The translations under genes and the position numbers were made by a program. From assembly GCA_963722085.1 (NCBI GenBank), contig CAVRNH010000006.1:4675-68674 (forward strand): a stretch of 64,000 bases of DNA, written 5' to 3'. Numbering within the stretch: position 1 is the first letter of the stretch; each line of letters opens with the position of its first letter. The notes below the pieces were generated by a model. That model made no database searches and was not told the DNA's origin. It saw nothing but the letters and a program-made list of their open reading frames with translations. The stretch is from an uncultured Methanosarcinaceae archaeon. GTDB taxonomy: Archaea; Halobacteriota; Methanosarcinia; Methanosarcinales; Methanosarcinaceae. Shown in pieces: positions 52,466-63,616 of this stretch.

Positions 52466-52855
52466 TAAATAAACGTCGTGTACTTATTTATATTTATTGT
52501 AGAGTTCCTTTTTAATTTTTATTCGTTTTTTACGGTAGCACCTTAATTTTATTCGTTTTTTATTTATACGGTGGAATTGTAATTTTTATTTGTTTTTCTT
52601 TATTTTACAGAAGAATCTTAACCTCATTTGTCTTTCTGGTCTCAGTTTAGTTGAAAGAAAAAATTAACTGTAATTCATGAAGATGCTCGTGCTTCTCTGG
52701 ATATTTTTTTCAGCATAAATGAACATGGTAAGGGTCGGAAAAAAGAGAAAGTATCGTTTACGACTTATCTCACTAATTCGAGAGCCAAGTAGTACGAAAA
52801 TCGAGGTACCAATGGTTTAGTAACTTATTTATCTTTGCTTATATTATAGATTATT

Positions 52856-53008
52856 ATGTCCACGCTATTCCAGGATTACGGGGCTATAATTCCTGCGGAT
52901 ATGGCTTTCTTTTATTTCGTCTGCGCCATAGTAATCGTACTTGTTCTGCTCGGCCTTTTGTTTTTCATAGTGCGTCGTAATGTTCGTGATAAACGAAATA
53001 GTTACTAA
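52856..53008 (+). CDS. 50-aa single-pass membrane protein (below the ORF-track cutoff)
   Basis: MSTLFQDYGAIIPADMAFFYFVCAIVIVLVLLGLLFFIVRRNVRDKRNSY: a TM helix followed by a basic tail. Confidence 0.6.
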   Translation: MSTLFQDYGAIIPADMAFFYFVCAIVIVLVLLGLLFFIVRRNVRDKRNSY

Positions 53009-53170
53009 TGCTAACTATCTCTGAATTTGGTTTTTGTAGACATCGGGAAGCAGTAAGATCATTAGCTTGTCTTTTGTGACACTACCATAAAACCAGGTAC
53101 AAATATTATTTTAGATGTCAAACAAAACGATATCAAAACTCTTATTTAGAAAGCTTAAGCTCTTTTATTT

Positions 53171-53527
53171 ATGAGCTACTGCTGCCCTACGGATCCGGAG
53201 AAAAAAAGGGAATGGGAAGATCACATGCTTCAGGAGATTGACTTTCTTGAGCATGATATAAAAAAAGCCAGTGAAATATTTAGCGCCCTCGGGCATCCTA
53301 TAAGATTGAAAATTGCTTATTTTCTCTCTCAAAGAGACCACTGTGTCTGCGAATTAATATTCAAATTAAATGAGAGGCAGAACCTGGTTTCCCATCACCT
53401 GACGATTATGAAAAATTGCGGAATCATCGAAGCTTACAATAGCTCAAAATGGCGTTTTTACAGATTAAACCCTGAGTTTGGAGATATTTTGAACATTATA
53501 TCGCAGACTCAAAATAAAAAAGAATAA
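53171..53527 (+). CDS. ArsR/SmtB transcriptional regulator
   Basis: Motifs ALGHPIRLKI, CVCEL and VSHHL, with an N-terminal CC. Confidence 0.9.
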   Translation: MSYCCPTDPEKKREWEDHMLQEIDFLEHDIKKASEIFSALGHPIRLKIAYFLSQRDHCVCELIFKLNERQNLVSHHLTIMKNCGIIEAYNSSKWRFYRLNPEFGDILNIISQTQNKKE

Positions 53528-53606
53528 AAGGTTAGGCAAATAGCCGAGAGAACATTCAAAACAAGGAAAACCTGAAAATGAAATGGCTGAGAGTTTTTGG
53601 AAGTTT

Positions 53607-53972
53607 TTAATCCTTGCAGCAGCAACCACATTCAGTTTCTTTTGCATCTTCCTTTGAATTTTCTCTCGTATCTTTTTGAAAAATCTTATCGTATATGTTT
53701 TCACCGTATATGTTAGTCCATCCTATCTGTGAGCCGGCAGCAACAAACATTGCAACAGAAATAGCTTCTGCGATCTCTTCTTTTGTGGCTCCTGCAGCAA
53801 CTGCCCTTTGGGAATGCGCATCAATACAGAACTGACAGCGCATAAGAACCGAGGAGGCAATAGCGATCAATTCCTTGGTTTTAACGTCAAGGAAACTGTC
53901 CTTGAAAATGGAGTTTCTCAGCTGTCCATAAGCTTCAGCAGTTTCAGGCAACATATCGTTTAAAAATGACAT
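53607..53972 (-). CDS. Carboxymuconolactone decarboxylase/AhpD-like protein
   Basis: Motifs LDVKTKELIA, CQFCIDAH and GATKEEI, with a C-terminal CGCCC. Confidence 0.88.
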   Translation of the reverse strand: MSFLNDMLPETAEAYGQLRNSIFKDSFLDVKTKELIAIASSVLMRCQFCIDAHSQRAVAAGATKEEIAEAISVAMFVAAGSQIGWTNIYGENIYDKIFQKDTRENSKEDAKETECGCCCKD

Positions 53973-54118
53973 TTAAACATCTCCTAGTTTAAAATAAATA
54001 TATTAAATGAAAATTTAAAAATTCTTTCAATCGAGAACGATTATCCAGTCTTTATAATTCATAAGGCATAAAGCTGCGTAAGAAAATGCTAAAATATTTT
54101 TAAGCTTTTACCTAAATT

Positions 54119-54271
54119 TTAATGACCCGGCCTTCTGAAAAGGGTAGGATTCCATTGCATATTACCGCCTTGAGATTCAGGTTTATGTGTGTACAGCAAG
54201 TCTTCTTCATCGTTTTTTGAACTCTCTTCAGAACTTTCTTCTTGTGGTACCACATTCTTTTCTTTTTCCAT
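54119..54271 (-). CDS. 50-aa acidic small protein (below the ORF-track cutoff)
   Basis: AGGAGA RBS, then MEKEKNVVPQEESSEESSKNDEEDLLYTHKPESQGGNMQWNPTLFRRPGH. Confidence 0.6.
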   Translation of the reverse strand: MEKEKNVVPQEESSEESSKNDEEDLLYTHKPESQGGNMQWNPTLFRRPGH

Positions 54272-54381
54272 TTCCAGTCTCCTTGATCGATTGAATTTTT
54301 AAAAATTGATATAACATATTTGAGACTAAAATTTAAATACATACAGGATTAGTATCAAGAATAATTGATATGAGTTAAATC

Positions 54382-55661
54382 CAGCAGTTCACTAATTTTT
54401 ACTTTTCCTTAAATGATGTCTTTCGATACCTGTATATGGTGAAAATGCCGCCATATGTCTCTTTTATCATCTAAATCTGTATATAGCCCTAAAATTGAAT
54501 TAAAGTTAAAAGAATGTATTGATTCTGTATTACAACTTCTCAAAGGTCATGTAACTATTAAAATCAATGGTTCACTTACAAGTGAAGACATTTTTCGTAC
54601 CGTCGTGAATATGGCAGTCAACAAGACTTCTGTTCACTCTGTTTCAAAGCAGTACCAAGATGTTGCATATGAAACATCCATACATTAACATCTTAAAAAG
54701 TTAGATATAGAAAAGCTTATACCATCGAATGAAAAGGTTCTCCTTCAAAATCCAATAAAAACCTTGAAAACATGTAAGAGCTATGAATTCGCTGTTGATT
54801 TCCCAATGATCCTTATTATGGAAAAACAGATCCTCTTATAAAAAATACGTGATACGTGGACAAACTAAAAGATACATGGACAGCCTATAAAGTCGACAAA
54901 TTCTTTTTACTCCTACATCTCCCTTTACATCACTAACAAGAACGAAAGGTTTACTGCGTCTGTTCTTCCTGCAGAAAAGAAAAAAACAAAAGTTGAAGAC
55001 CTCTCCTATTTTATCGACCTTATCAAAAGACTGAATTCTAAAATTAAGGTTCTTTGCCTGGATAGAGAATTCTATTCCATAGACGTGTTTGAATTTTTGC
55101 AAAATAATAACATTCCACATGTAGTTCCAATTGTTGAGAAAGGAAGCAGATGAAGCAGATCCTTAAATGAAATAAGGCAAGCAGTGAATAATATGTTATG
55201 AAGAATTACACAAAACAGATTCTTTTGAATATTGTCATTGATGTCAAGTATCTGAAAGGAAATAGAGGGAAAAAGGGACGTGAGAATCTTGGTTTTGTGG
55301 TTTTTGGAGTAAAATGGACTCAAAGAAAAGTCAGTACGGTTTACAGAATAAGGTTTGCTATTGAATCATCATACAGGATGAGGAATGTGGTTAAACCAGG
55401 AACTTCATCTAAAAATGCTATTATCAAGTACTTTATGCGCCGATATCTTTTCTCCTGATAAACATATGGGTATACATCCAGAAAAGCATTTTACGATTGT
55501 AAAAAGAGGACCTAAGGTTGTAGATGAGGACAATTTCAGATCTGATATATTTGTACTTCTCGTTGAGGAATGGCTTAAACGGAAATAAGGGTTAGGAAAG
55601 TAGTGTGGTGTCTGAGGTAAATGGAAATAAAAAGAAGGACAGAGATTTTAGCGAACTACTG
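54382..55661 (+). mobile_element. Degraded ISH3-family insertion sequence
   Basis: IRs CAGCAGTTCACTAA / TTAGCGAACTACTG. The transposase is fragmented but shows PYYG, CLDREFYS and YRIRFAIESSYR. Confidence 0.85.
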
Positions 55662-56339
55662 AATTTATTAAAAAAACTTACTGAATGAGGGTAAACGTTT
55701 AACTTTATATTTTTTATTGTTCTATATTTCTTGTACTCTTTTTTATTATTAAGTTCATGATCTATGAATATTTCTTAATTATAATAGTTAGAGGCTTTTT
55801 GAAACTCTCGATAATGTTATTGAAGAATAGTAAAGATCAGTTTTCTTTGACAGTGTCTCAATAATATTCTGCAGATGAAAGCTCTTATATTTATATTATA
55901 GGACATTTTTTATAAAATTTAATAATATATTTTATCTGAGTTCTCTCTTTCAAGGCATTTATCGGTCCCTATAATCCTCCAAACTTAATCCAATTTATAA
56001 AAATCTCAATAAGTTTTATAAATTAATAAAATATATTGCAGTGCCCACTATAGAAATTTATTTAAGGATTAAGAGTCAATTTATTTATTAAGTTTTCCAC
56101 GGGGGGAATTCGTGTAAATTGGATGAATTTGTCTGAGAAATTAAACGTTTGTCCTAAATCCTGTACTTATCGCAGCTGTCTTAAATGCCGTATGGTCCAA
56201 TAAACTTCGCCATATTCTCTTATATAGTCTTGAAAGTTGGAGAGTGGATACTATTTGCAAAATCTTGTTAATAATTTTGGAAACACAATATTAAGTTTAT
56301 CAAAATTTTTAGGAAGCTAATCCTAAAGTTCGTGGAAGA

Positions 56340-58724
56340 ATGAGTTCGTTATCACATGAATCTTCACCTGATGAAAACACTCATAAATTTCATTATGATC
56401 CCCTTCATATGATATTGGCGTCAAGAAGACAATTAGTCATCCTTTTTTTGGTAGGTTGCTTTATCCTTGCAAGCACTCCTAACGCTTTATGCCGAAGTGC
56501 TGCGCCAATAATCTATGTTGCAGGAGATGGCAGTGGAGATTTCAACTGTAATGGAAAAGACGACAATGTGCAGATTAATCAGGCCTTAAAATTTGTGGCA
56601 GAAAATTCTGAATCTGGGTATACAACTGTCTATCTTAAAGGCCCGTTTACGTACGTTATTGAGGATAGTCTTCTAATTGGCAGCAATACAATTCTTGAAG
56701 GAGACTCTACTGCTGTGATCAAATTGGCTGATCGTGCAGGATGGTCTACAATGAAACCTCTTATCCAGCAGATGAGCATATTGGGAAATGATAATATTAC
56801 AGTAAGGGGCTTTGAGATTGATGTAAACTATGATGGTAATAGTGAAATCACATTGGGGAGAGGATATTATAATGTGATTTACCTTACTTACTGTAATAAT
56901 GTAAAAGTTTACAATATGTATATGCATGATGGAATGGGAGACGGGCTGAGAATAAATAAGGGTCAGAACGTGCAGTTTTACAACAATACTATATACAAGC
57001 TCGGTCATGACGGACTTTTTGCAATTAGTTGTGAGGACGTAGAGGCCTGGAACAACAGAATAACCTGCAGGACCAATAGTGCTCTTAGAATATGGAACTC
57101 TAATAAAGTAAAATTACACGATAATGTAATAGACTCATTCTACCACTGGAGTGCGGGCGGTCCGGGCATTCAGATCGAAAAGAGTGCTGGTGTTATGGAT
57201 AATATCGAGATCTACGGTAATACTTTCTATAACACCTATGGACCTGGAATCTGGATTTACAACTATGATACCTCTTCTGCTACCCAGGATCAGGGGAAAA
57301 ATGTCCATATCCATCACAATATATTTTATACCACAGGCACTAATCCCAGCATTACCTGGGTAGGGGGTATTGTAGCAAGTGGATTCCATGATACCCTCAT
57401 CGAAAACAATGTATTTGACGGTATTCACCATGCTGCTGTTATTCATATGTTCTCTCCAAGATATTCCCCTAAAGGAGGATTTACGACAATCGTCCGTAAT
57501 AACATAATCGTGAATACTCAGAAGCGTACAAAAGACCCTGGCGGGACAGGATATGCAGTGATCAATTATCTCTCTCGAACGCATACCTTTGTGCTGGACA
57601 ATAATTGCCTTTACAATAACCTGGCAGGTGACTATAAAAACTGCGCATCGAGAACTGATATCTATGTAAACCCTCTCTTTACGGATCAGAAAATTCATGA
57701 TTATAGTCTGAAGTCAAAAGCAGGTCATTGGGACGGAAAAGGTTGGGTGATTGACAGTGTAAGTTCACCATGCATAGATGCCGGAGATTCTTTATCGGAT
57801 TATTCTAATGAACCTGAACCCAACGGAAACAGGATCAATATAGGCCCGGATGGGAATACAAAGTATGCGTCAAAATCATATATGCCAATGCCTATACTTC
57901 CCATTGCAGACTTCAGCAGTAATGTAACTAGTGGCTATACTCCTCTTACTATTCGGTTCACCGACTTTTCGAAAGATAGTACATCAAGAGTATGGGACTT
58001 TGGAGATAGTACCAGTTCAACACAACAAAATCCAGTACATACATATTCAGCAGCAGGAAATTATATAGTAACGCTTAAGGTAAGCAACGAGAATGGTACC
58101 GATTCAAAAACGGCTGTTATAGATGTTTCAGAACTTAATACCATCTCAATTGTCTCGAGCAAAATATATGACAGCCGTCTGCGTGAAGCTATTCCTGAGA
58201 ATGTTTTCTCTGATAAAGAATTTCTTGATCTTGGAGCAACGAGAGGTTCTGGAAGATATAGAGACGTTATACTGTTTGACCTGAATGAATATACACGTAC
58301 CACTCAAATAAACAATGCAACTCTTTATCTCTTCTGGTATTATCCGACAAGTTCACGGCTTAAAGATACTGTTATTGAAGTTTACAGGCCTGCATCTGCC
58401 TGGAACTCAAACTATGTGAGCTGGAACCAAAGGGATAAAAACATTGCCTGGAAGAACCCAGGCGGAGACTGGTATGATAAAAATGGTGTATTGCAGGGCG
58501 AGACTCCATATGCTACCCTCACCCTTAAAGCCAGTTCCTTACCAAACAATAAATACTGTGAACTCGATGTAACTGACATTGTAAGAGAATATGCCAGTGG
58601 CAAATATGAAAACACCGGCTTTCTGATAAAAGCCCGGGATGAAAGTGAAAATTATATCGCTTTCTACAGCGCTGAATGTGGAAGCACGAACCAAATGCCC
58701 AGGCTGGAGCTGACCGAAAATTGA
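56340..58724 (+). CDS. Surface protein: right-handed beta-helix, PKD and disaggregatase-related (DNRLRE) domains
   Basis: Beta-helix repeats, PKD motif WDFGD...NPVHTY, YDSRLRE and GGDWYDKNGV. Confidence 0.88.
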   Translation: MSSLSHESSPDENTHKFHYDPLHMILASRRQLVILFLVGCFILASTPNALCRSAAPIIYVAGDGSGDFNCNGKDDNVQINQALKFVAENSESGYTTVYLKGPFTYVIEDSLLIGSNTILEGDSTAVIKLADRAGWSTMKPLIQQMSILGNDNITVRGFEIDVNYDGNSEITLGRGYYNVIYLTYCNNVKVYNMYMHDGMGDGLRINKGQNVQFYNNTIYKLGHDGLFAISCEDVEAWNNRITCRTNSALRIWNSNKVKLHDNVIDSFYHWSAGGPGIQIEKSAGVMDNIEIYGNTFYNTYGPGIWIYNYDTSSATQDQGKNVHIHHNIFYTTGTNPSITWVGGIVASGFHDTLIENNVFDGIHHAAVIHMFSPRYSPKGGFTTIVRNNIIVNTQKRTKDPGGTGYAVINYLSRTHTFVLDNNCLYNNLAGDYKNCASRTDIYVNPLFTDQKIHDYSLKSKAGHWDGKGWVIDSVSSPCIDAGDSLSDYSNEPEPNGNRINIGPDGNTKYASKSYMPMPILPIADFSSNVTSGYTPLTIRFTDFSKDSTSRVWDFGDSTSSTQQNPVHTYSAAGNYIVTLKVSNENGTDSKTAVIDVSELNTISIVSSKIYDSRLREAIPENVFSDKEFLDLGATRGSGRYRDVILFDLNEYTRTTQINNATLYLFWYYPTSSRLKDTVIEVYRPASAWNSNYVSWNQRDKNIAWKNPGGDWYDKNGVLQGETPYATLTLKASSLPNNKYCELDVTDIVREYASGKYENTGFLIKARDESENYIAFYSAECGSTNQMPRLELTEN

Positions 58725-59018
58725 AAATTTTATTCTCAAAGGAGACTTCCATAAATACCGGGTTAATTCTCAGCTTCTAAGCGCCGGATTTTTGGAATTT
58801 CCTTTTTTGGAACTTTTTTACCTGATAAATTCAGGTAAGTTTTAAGGGTTCCCTAAAATAGATATTTAAATGAATTTTATTTTTTCACTTTTCTTTTCTG
58901 AACTTAACTCCAGTTTTCTCGAATATATAATTCCATACCTGTAGAAGTACTATTTTTCAGATCACATATATTTTAGATCCTTTGTCTAAGTACTTTTAAA
59001 TCCGTGGTCTTATCCTTA

Positions 59019-59300
59019 GGAGCTGTCTTAAAATTCGAACCATTCCTCCAATTGAATAATTAGCAACGTTGATTTCAAACTCAGATCGTAAATTTTTCTG
59101 AAATTCAGATACATATTGACCTTAAGGACATCACTTTATCCCATAGGACTTACGCACTCCATTCATGAAATCAAGTACAGTAAACATTGTAGTTTAGATT
59201 TACATTTTAGACATTTAACGGTTTAATGCTACTATTTTTGGTTCAATTGCATGAGTCCTATTCCAATTGTGGAGTCAAGTTTAATTTTAAGACACGCTCT
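59019..59300. mobile_element. MITE with a second MITE nested inside
   Basis: Outer IR GAGCTGTCTTAAAATT / AATTTTAAGACACGCTC. Confidence 0.6.
59144..59260. mobile_element. 117-bp MITE with IS701-type ends
   Basis: TAGGACTTACGCA ... TGCATGAGTCCTA. Confidence 0.75.
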
Positions 59301-59301
59301 A

Positions 59302-59424
59302 AGTACATGTGGCGAAATAACTTAGGTACTATTTAAGTATGTTTTAAATAACTCTCACTAGCAAGGTAACCATTTTTAATTTAATTAAATAATTCATTAC
59401 CCAAGTTATTTCGTTACAAGCACT
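59302..59424. mobile_element. 123-bp MITE (CGAAATAACTT family)
   Basis: AGTACATGTGGCGAAATAACTT ... AAGTTATTTCGTTACAAGCACT. Confidence 0.65.
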
Positions 59425-59879
59425 AAGTACAGGTCTTTATGCCTTTATTTGCTGCGATTTCTATAACATTTTTAAGTTTGTTAGAGGGCATATTTACACA
59501 CTCTGTAACTATGTCAAAATTTTATCTGAAAACAAAAGCTTTTATCTTTTGTAGAAATTTCTTATTGGAATCTAGGGCCTGATTTTGTTTAAAACAACGC
59601 TATTGAAATAAACTTTAAGTTAACACTGAATATGAATATAGCATCTCTGAACTTTCTAATTCAAAATTGAGGGTGTTTGTCGAAGAAAAATAGTTATGAG
59701 CTGACTAAGAAATAGAATAGCTAAAAGATTGAAACTTGGCAGGGAAAGCGGTGCTCAAAAGGATTTAAATATCAGACTTTGGAACTGAGTTGAATCAAAT
59801 CGAAAGGGAGCCTTTCATAAGATTACTCTCTCAATTCTCTTAGATCAAATATTCGAGCACAAATTCTTTTTAAGGTGAT

Positions 59880-61346
59880 ATGGTGTCATATCAAAAGTTT
59901 GCAAGGGATGTTGGCTTTATCGGGACGGTTCAGGTACTTACAAGCCTGGGCAGTTTTTTTCTACTTCCGATAATCACAAAAACCCTTGGAACATATGATT
60001 ACGGCATTTGGGCTCAAGTCAATATCACAGTATCCTTAATGTCTCCCCTTGCAATAATGGGGCTTTCCATGGGCTTTGTCAGGTTTTTGTCTTCTGAGAC
60101 AGAGAAAAAGGTAATAAAGGAAGCCGTCTATTCCATTCTGTTTTTTGTTACTATTACTGGGCTTCTAGCTTCTCTGTTGGTGTATATATTTGCAGAACCT
60201 CTTGCAACTTATGGTTTTAAAGACCCAAGTGCAACTTATTTTATCCAGGCAGGTTCTTTTTTGATTATCCTGAATGTAATCGAATCTGTATCTCTTCTTT
60301 ATTTCAGGGTTTTCAGGCAGATAGAGAGATTCTCCTATCTCACTCTTTTTGAAACATTCGTAAAATTATTTCTTATTCTCGTTCTTCTTAAAATGGGATA
60401 CGGGCTTATTGGTGTAATAGTGGCCACCTTAATAGTGCAGGGCTTTATTTTTTTAATCTCTATTGTAACTGTTGTATCACAAATAGGATTTGTTATCCCC
60501 AGGTTTACTCACATGAAAGAGTATCTTCAATTTTCTTTACCTCTAACTCCCACTGCACTTATAAGATGGGTTACGGAATCAAGTGATAGATACCTGGTTA
60601 CTTATTTTCTCGGGCTCCAAAGTGTGGGTATATATTCAGCAGCTTGTTCTATTGGGAATCTTATCCAGCTTTTAGTAAGTCCCCTTCAACTTATTCTCCT
60701 CCCCGAAATCTCAAAGTTATTTGATGAGAATAAAATTGACCAGGTAAGGACTTACATGTCGCATTCTTTGAGGTACTTCCTTCTGATTACTATTCCTGCA
60801 GTCTTTGGAATTTCTGCCCTTGCAAAGCCTTTACTCGGAGTTTTTACTACTGAGGACTTCCTTTCAGGCTGGTTTGTAATTCCTATTATTGCCCTCTCAG
60901 GACTTCTAGCAGGAATTTTTCAAATTTTTGTTAATATTATTTTTCTTGTCAAAGAAACTAAATATATAACTTACATCAATATTGTGGCTGCTGCCTCTAA
61001 TGTGCTGCTTAATCTTTTGCTCATACCTTCTAAAGGTATTTATGGAGGTATCAGTGGAGCTGCTCTGTCAACTTTGATTTCTTATTTTTTGATGATTGTA
61101 CTCTGCATTCACGTATCTATGAAACATTTTGTATTCAATTTTTATTTTTATGATGTTATAAAAAGTATTTTTTCCTCTCTGGCTATGTATCTATTTGTTT
61201 CTCATTTCACTATTTCGAACGTCTACGAGCTTTTCGGGGTAGCAGGCATGGGAGCGTTTATCTATGTTTTCTTAATGTTCATAATAGGCGGTTTTAGCAA
61301 ACAAGAAATTTCTCTCGTAAAAAAGTTTGCTCCTCCACGGTTATAA
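59880..61346 (+). CDS. Polysaccharide flippase (Wzx/MOP superfamily)
   Basis: 12-14 TM helices. Motifs LPIITKTLG..DYG and SDRYLV...GIYSAA. Confidence 0.88.
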   Translation: MVSYQKFARDVGFIGTVQVLTSLGSFFLLPIITKTLGTYDYGIWAQVNITVSLMSPLAIMGLSMGFVRFLSSETEKKVIKEAVYSILFFVTITGLLASLLVYIFAEPLATYGFKDPSATYFIQAGSFLIILNVIESVSLLYFRVFRQIERFSYLTLFETFVKLFLILVLLKMGYGLIGVIVATLIVQGFIFLISIVTVVSQIGFVIPRFTHMKEYLQFSLPLTPTALIRWVTESSDRYLVTYFLGLQSVGIYSAACSIGNLIQLLVSPLQLILLPEISKLFDENKIDQVRTYMSHSLRYFLLITIPAVFGISALAKPLLGVFTTEDFLSGWFVIPIIALSGLLAGIFQIFVNIIFLVKETKYITYINIVAAASNVLLNLLLIPSKGIYGGISGAALSTLISYFLMIVLCIHVSMKHFVFNFYFYDVIKSIFSSLAMYLFVSHFTISNVYELFGVAGMGAFIYVFLMFIIGGFSKQEISLVKKFAPPRL

Positions 61347-61401
61347 TTGTTCTATTCCGGTGATTTTTTTAATCAATGTATTTAGGTCGTGTACATCAGT
61401 T

Positions 61402-61523
61402 AGTATCCACAGCGAAATAACTTGATGACATTTTTACACTGTACTTGAACATTTTTATAAACGGCTAAACCGATTTTGTTCAAAAATAAAAATGATTACT
61501 TAAGTTATTTCGTGACAAGTCCT
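61402..61523. mobile_element. 122-bp MITE (CGAAATAACTT family)
   Basis: AGTATCCACAGCGAAATAACTT ... AAGTTATTTCGTGACAAGTCCT. Confidence 0.65.
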
Positions 61524-62678
61524 TATTGATCAATTACGGAAAAGCGAGTAAATCCCCTTATTTAAGCAAAATATTGGAAGAGTCTCAGCCTTCGGTTTTC
61601 AATGACTCAAACCAATTACCTGAATTTATCTGAAACCGAAATCTGATTCTTCGGGTTAGTATCTTTAATAATTAATCTGTATTTTGGTCCAATCAATGCC
61701 AAAGAAATCTATATATGTCTTTTCAGTGTCTGAAAAAAGAATAAATTATTCTATTAAACAGCCATAGGTTTCAGGAAATACATAATTTGAAAAACTTCAA
61801 AAATAATCAAATATAATCAAAAAGTAAATGAATGTATGGTCAGGAAAACACAAGAGTTTCTTTGACCAATTTAATTATCACAATATTTAGCGTAATTTTA
61901 ATCTCTTGAGGATATGAAATTTTCAAAAAAAGAATTTGTAATAAACATCATGTATCCTAATTATTAAAGCAGTAGTAGCTTTTCGAATGCTGGTAATTAT
62001 GCTCCAAAAATGAATAAGTTATGAATTCGAAATTCCTGGTTTTTTAGGAGGAGTAAGCAGAATCCCCATTAATTCAATGGCCGGATTGGTGCGGGAGCGT
62101 CCTTGCATTCGTTTATTTTCGTCATCGTTTGACTTAATGTCCTTTAAGGCCTTAACTTAATGTCAAGTCTTTGCTACCAGCAGCAGAATTGGCTCAGTTA
62201 GGTCAACTTGACTTTGCTCTTAACTCAAAGTATAAGGTCGTATGAGTGGGTCTCATACATCAAACTTCGATTTTTGTTCGCGAGACCGGAATAATATTTG
62301 CTTTAGGGCAGTATAACACTGGTTGAAATACCATACATACTTGTGAGTTTATTCGCAGGCGCAGTCACGCGAAAAGTATAACACCTTTCTCTTTTTTGCT
62401 ATACAGCTTTTTCTGGGTATAATTCAATGTATAATGCCTTCTAATTCTTACTATACAGCTATTTCTAGGTATGATGCAATATTCTTATATTTGATATCAA
62501 GTATTAATTACTAAAACTTACGCATTCAGGCATAAAATCAAGTACAATAGACTTTAATTAATGTTATGCTTTGATAACTGAAGATTTAATACTATTAATT
62601 CTCAGTTAATCGAGTGAATACTTGTTATTAAGCAAAAGGAATAACTGATAAATTTTTGGAGACGGCGTTTAAATAAAT

Positions 62679-62796
62679 TAGGACTTACGCACTTGAAGTA
62701 CAAAATCAAACACATTCGGCGTTGCGACGGGTTTAGTGTTTTATACAGTTGGAGGTTTAATGTTATTGATTTCTCAGTTCAACCGCGTAAGTCCTA
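62679..62796. mobile_element. 118-bp MITE with IS701-type ends
   Basis: TAGGACTTACGCA ... CGCGTAAGTCCTA, with an interior similar to 59144-59260. A degenerate copy lies at about 62513-62625. Confidence 0.78.
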
Positions 62797-62971
62797 TAAA
62801 TATTATTACTTAAAATGGAACTGGATTGCACATTCTCTACCTGCTAGAATATCCAACCTCCATGAAAACAAGAACAGTTAAAATAAAAAAGCATGCGAAG
62901 AGTCAATACTTTTTAAGCTTTGAATGTTCAATATGTATCTGTAGTACTCCCCTTATAGAAGAGTCTGCAGT

Positions 62972-63616
62972 TTGAAACAAGTAATTCCAATTCATAACTT
63001 GAGGAGTACATCTGTGATAAAGTCAAAACAAGATTACAAATATTATCTAGAAGCAGATAGAATTGCTTTAGGTAAAAAAAGAAAAAAACCAATGATATTC
63101 TTCGATGAAGTGTGGGTATTTGAGAGGCTGCTAAGAAAAGTTGAATATTATAAAAATTGTAAAAAATCTAAACTTTACCGTCCCTATTATTATTACCTTT
63201 ATCTAAAATTTCATCTATTAAGTGTATTTCTTGGTTTCCACATTAAGCCAAATGTTTTTGGTCCAGGACTATCAATTAGCCATCCAGGAACGATTATTGT
63301 TAATGGAAGCGCAAAAATAGGTGCTAATTGCAGGATACATGTTTGCACATCCATAGGAACCAAAGCAGGTTATCAGGGTTTAGCGCCAACTATAGGGAAT
63401 AATGTCTACATAGGGCCTGGAGTAAAAATCTTCGGAGATATTAAAATTGCAGATGGAATAGCTATAGGAGCTAACTCAGTTGTAAATAAGTCATTTACAG
63501 AACCAAACATTGGGATTGCAGGGGTTCCAGCTAAAAAAATAAACGATAAAGGTTCTGAAAATCTGGTCGCAAAAACAACAGAAATCTTAGAGGGTCGATC
63601 TAATAATTATAAGTAA
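62972..63616 (+). CDS. Hexapeptide-repeat O-acetyltransferase (CysE/WcaB-like), probably for polysaccharide
   Basis: Motifs FGPGLSISHPGTIIVN, IGNNVYIGPG, IGANSVV and AGVPAK. The start may be the GTG near 63014. Confidence 0.82.
   Translation: MKQVIPIHNLRSTSVIKSKQDYKYYLEADRIALGKKRKKPMIFFDEVWVFERLLRKVEYYKNCKKSKLYRPYYYYLYLKFHLLSVFLGFHIKPNVFGPGLSISHPGTIIVNGSAKIGANCRIHVCTSIGTKAGYQGLAPTIGNNVYIGPGVKIFGDIKIADGIAIGANSVVNKSFTEPNIGIAGVPAKKINDKGSENLVAKTTEILEGRSNNYK

Noticed and set aside
62040..62400. GC-richer intergenic patch as a transposase remnant
   Set aside because: No convincing reading frame or IR could be identified by eye.
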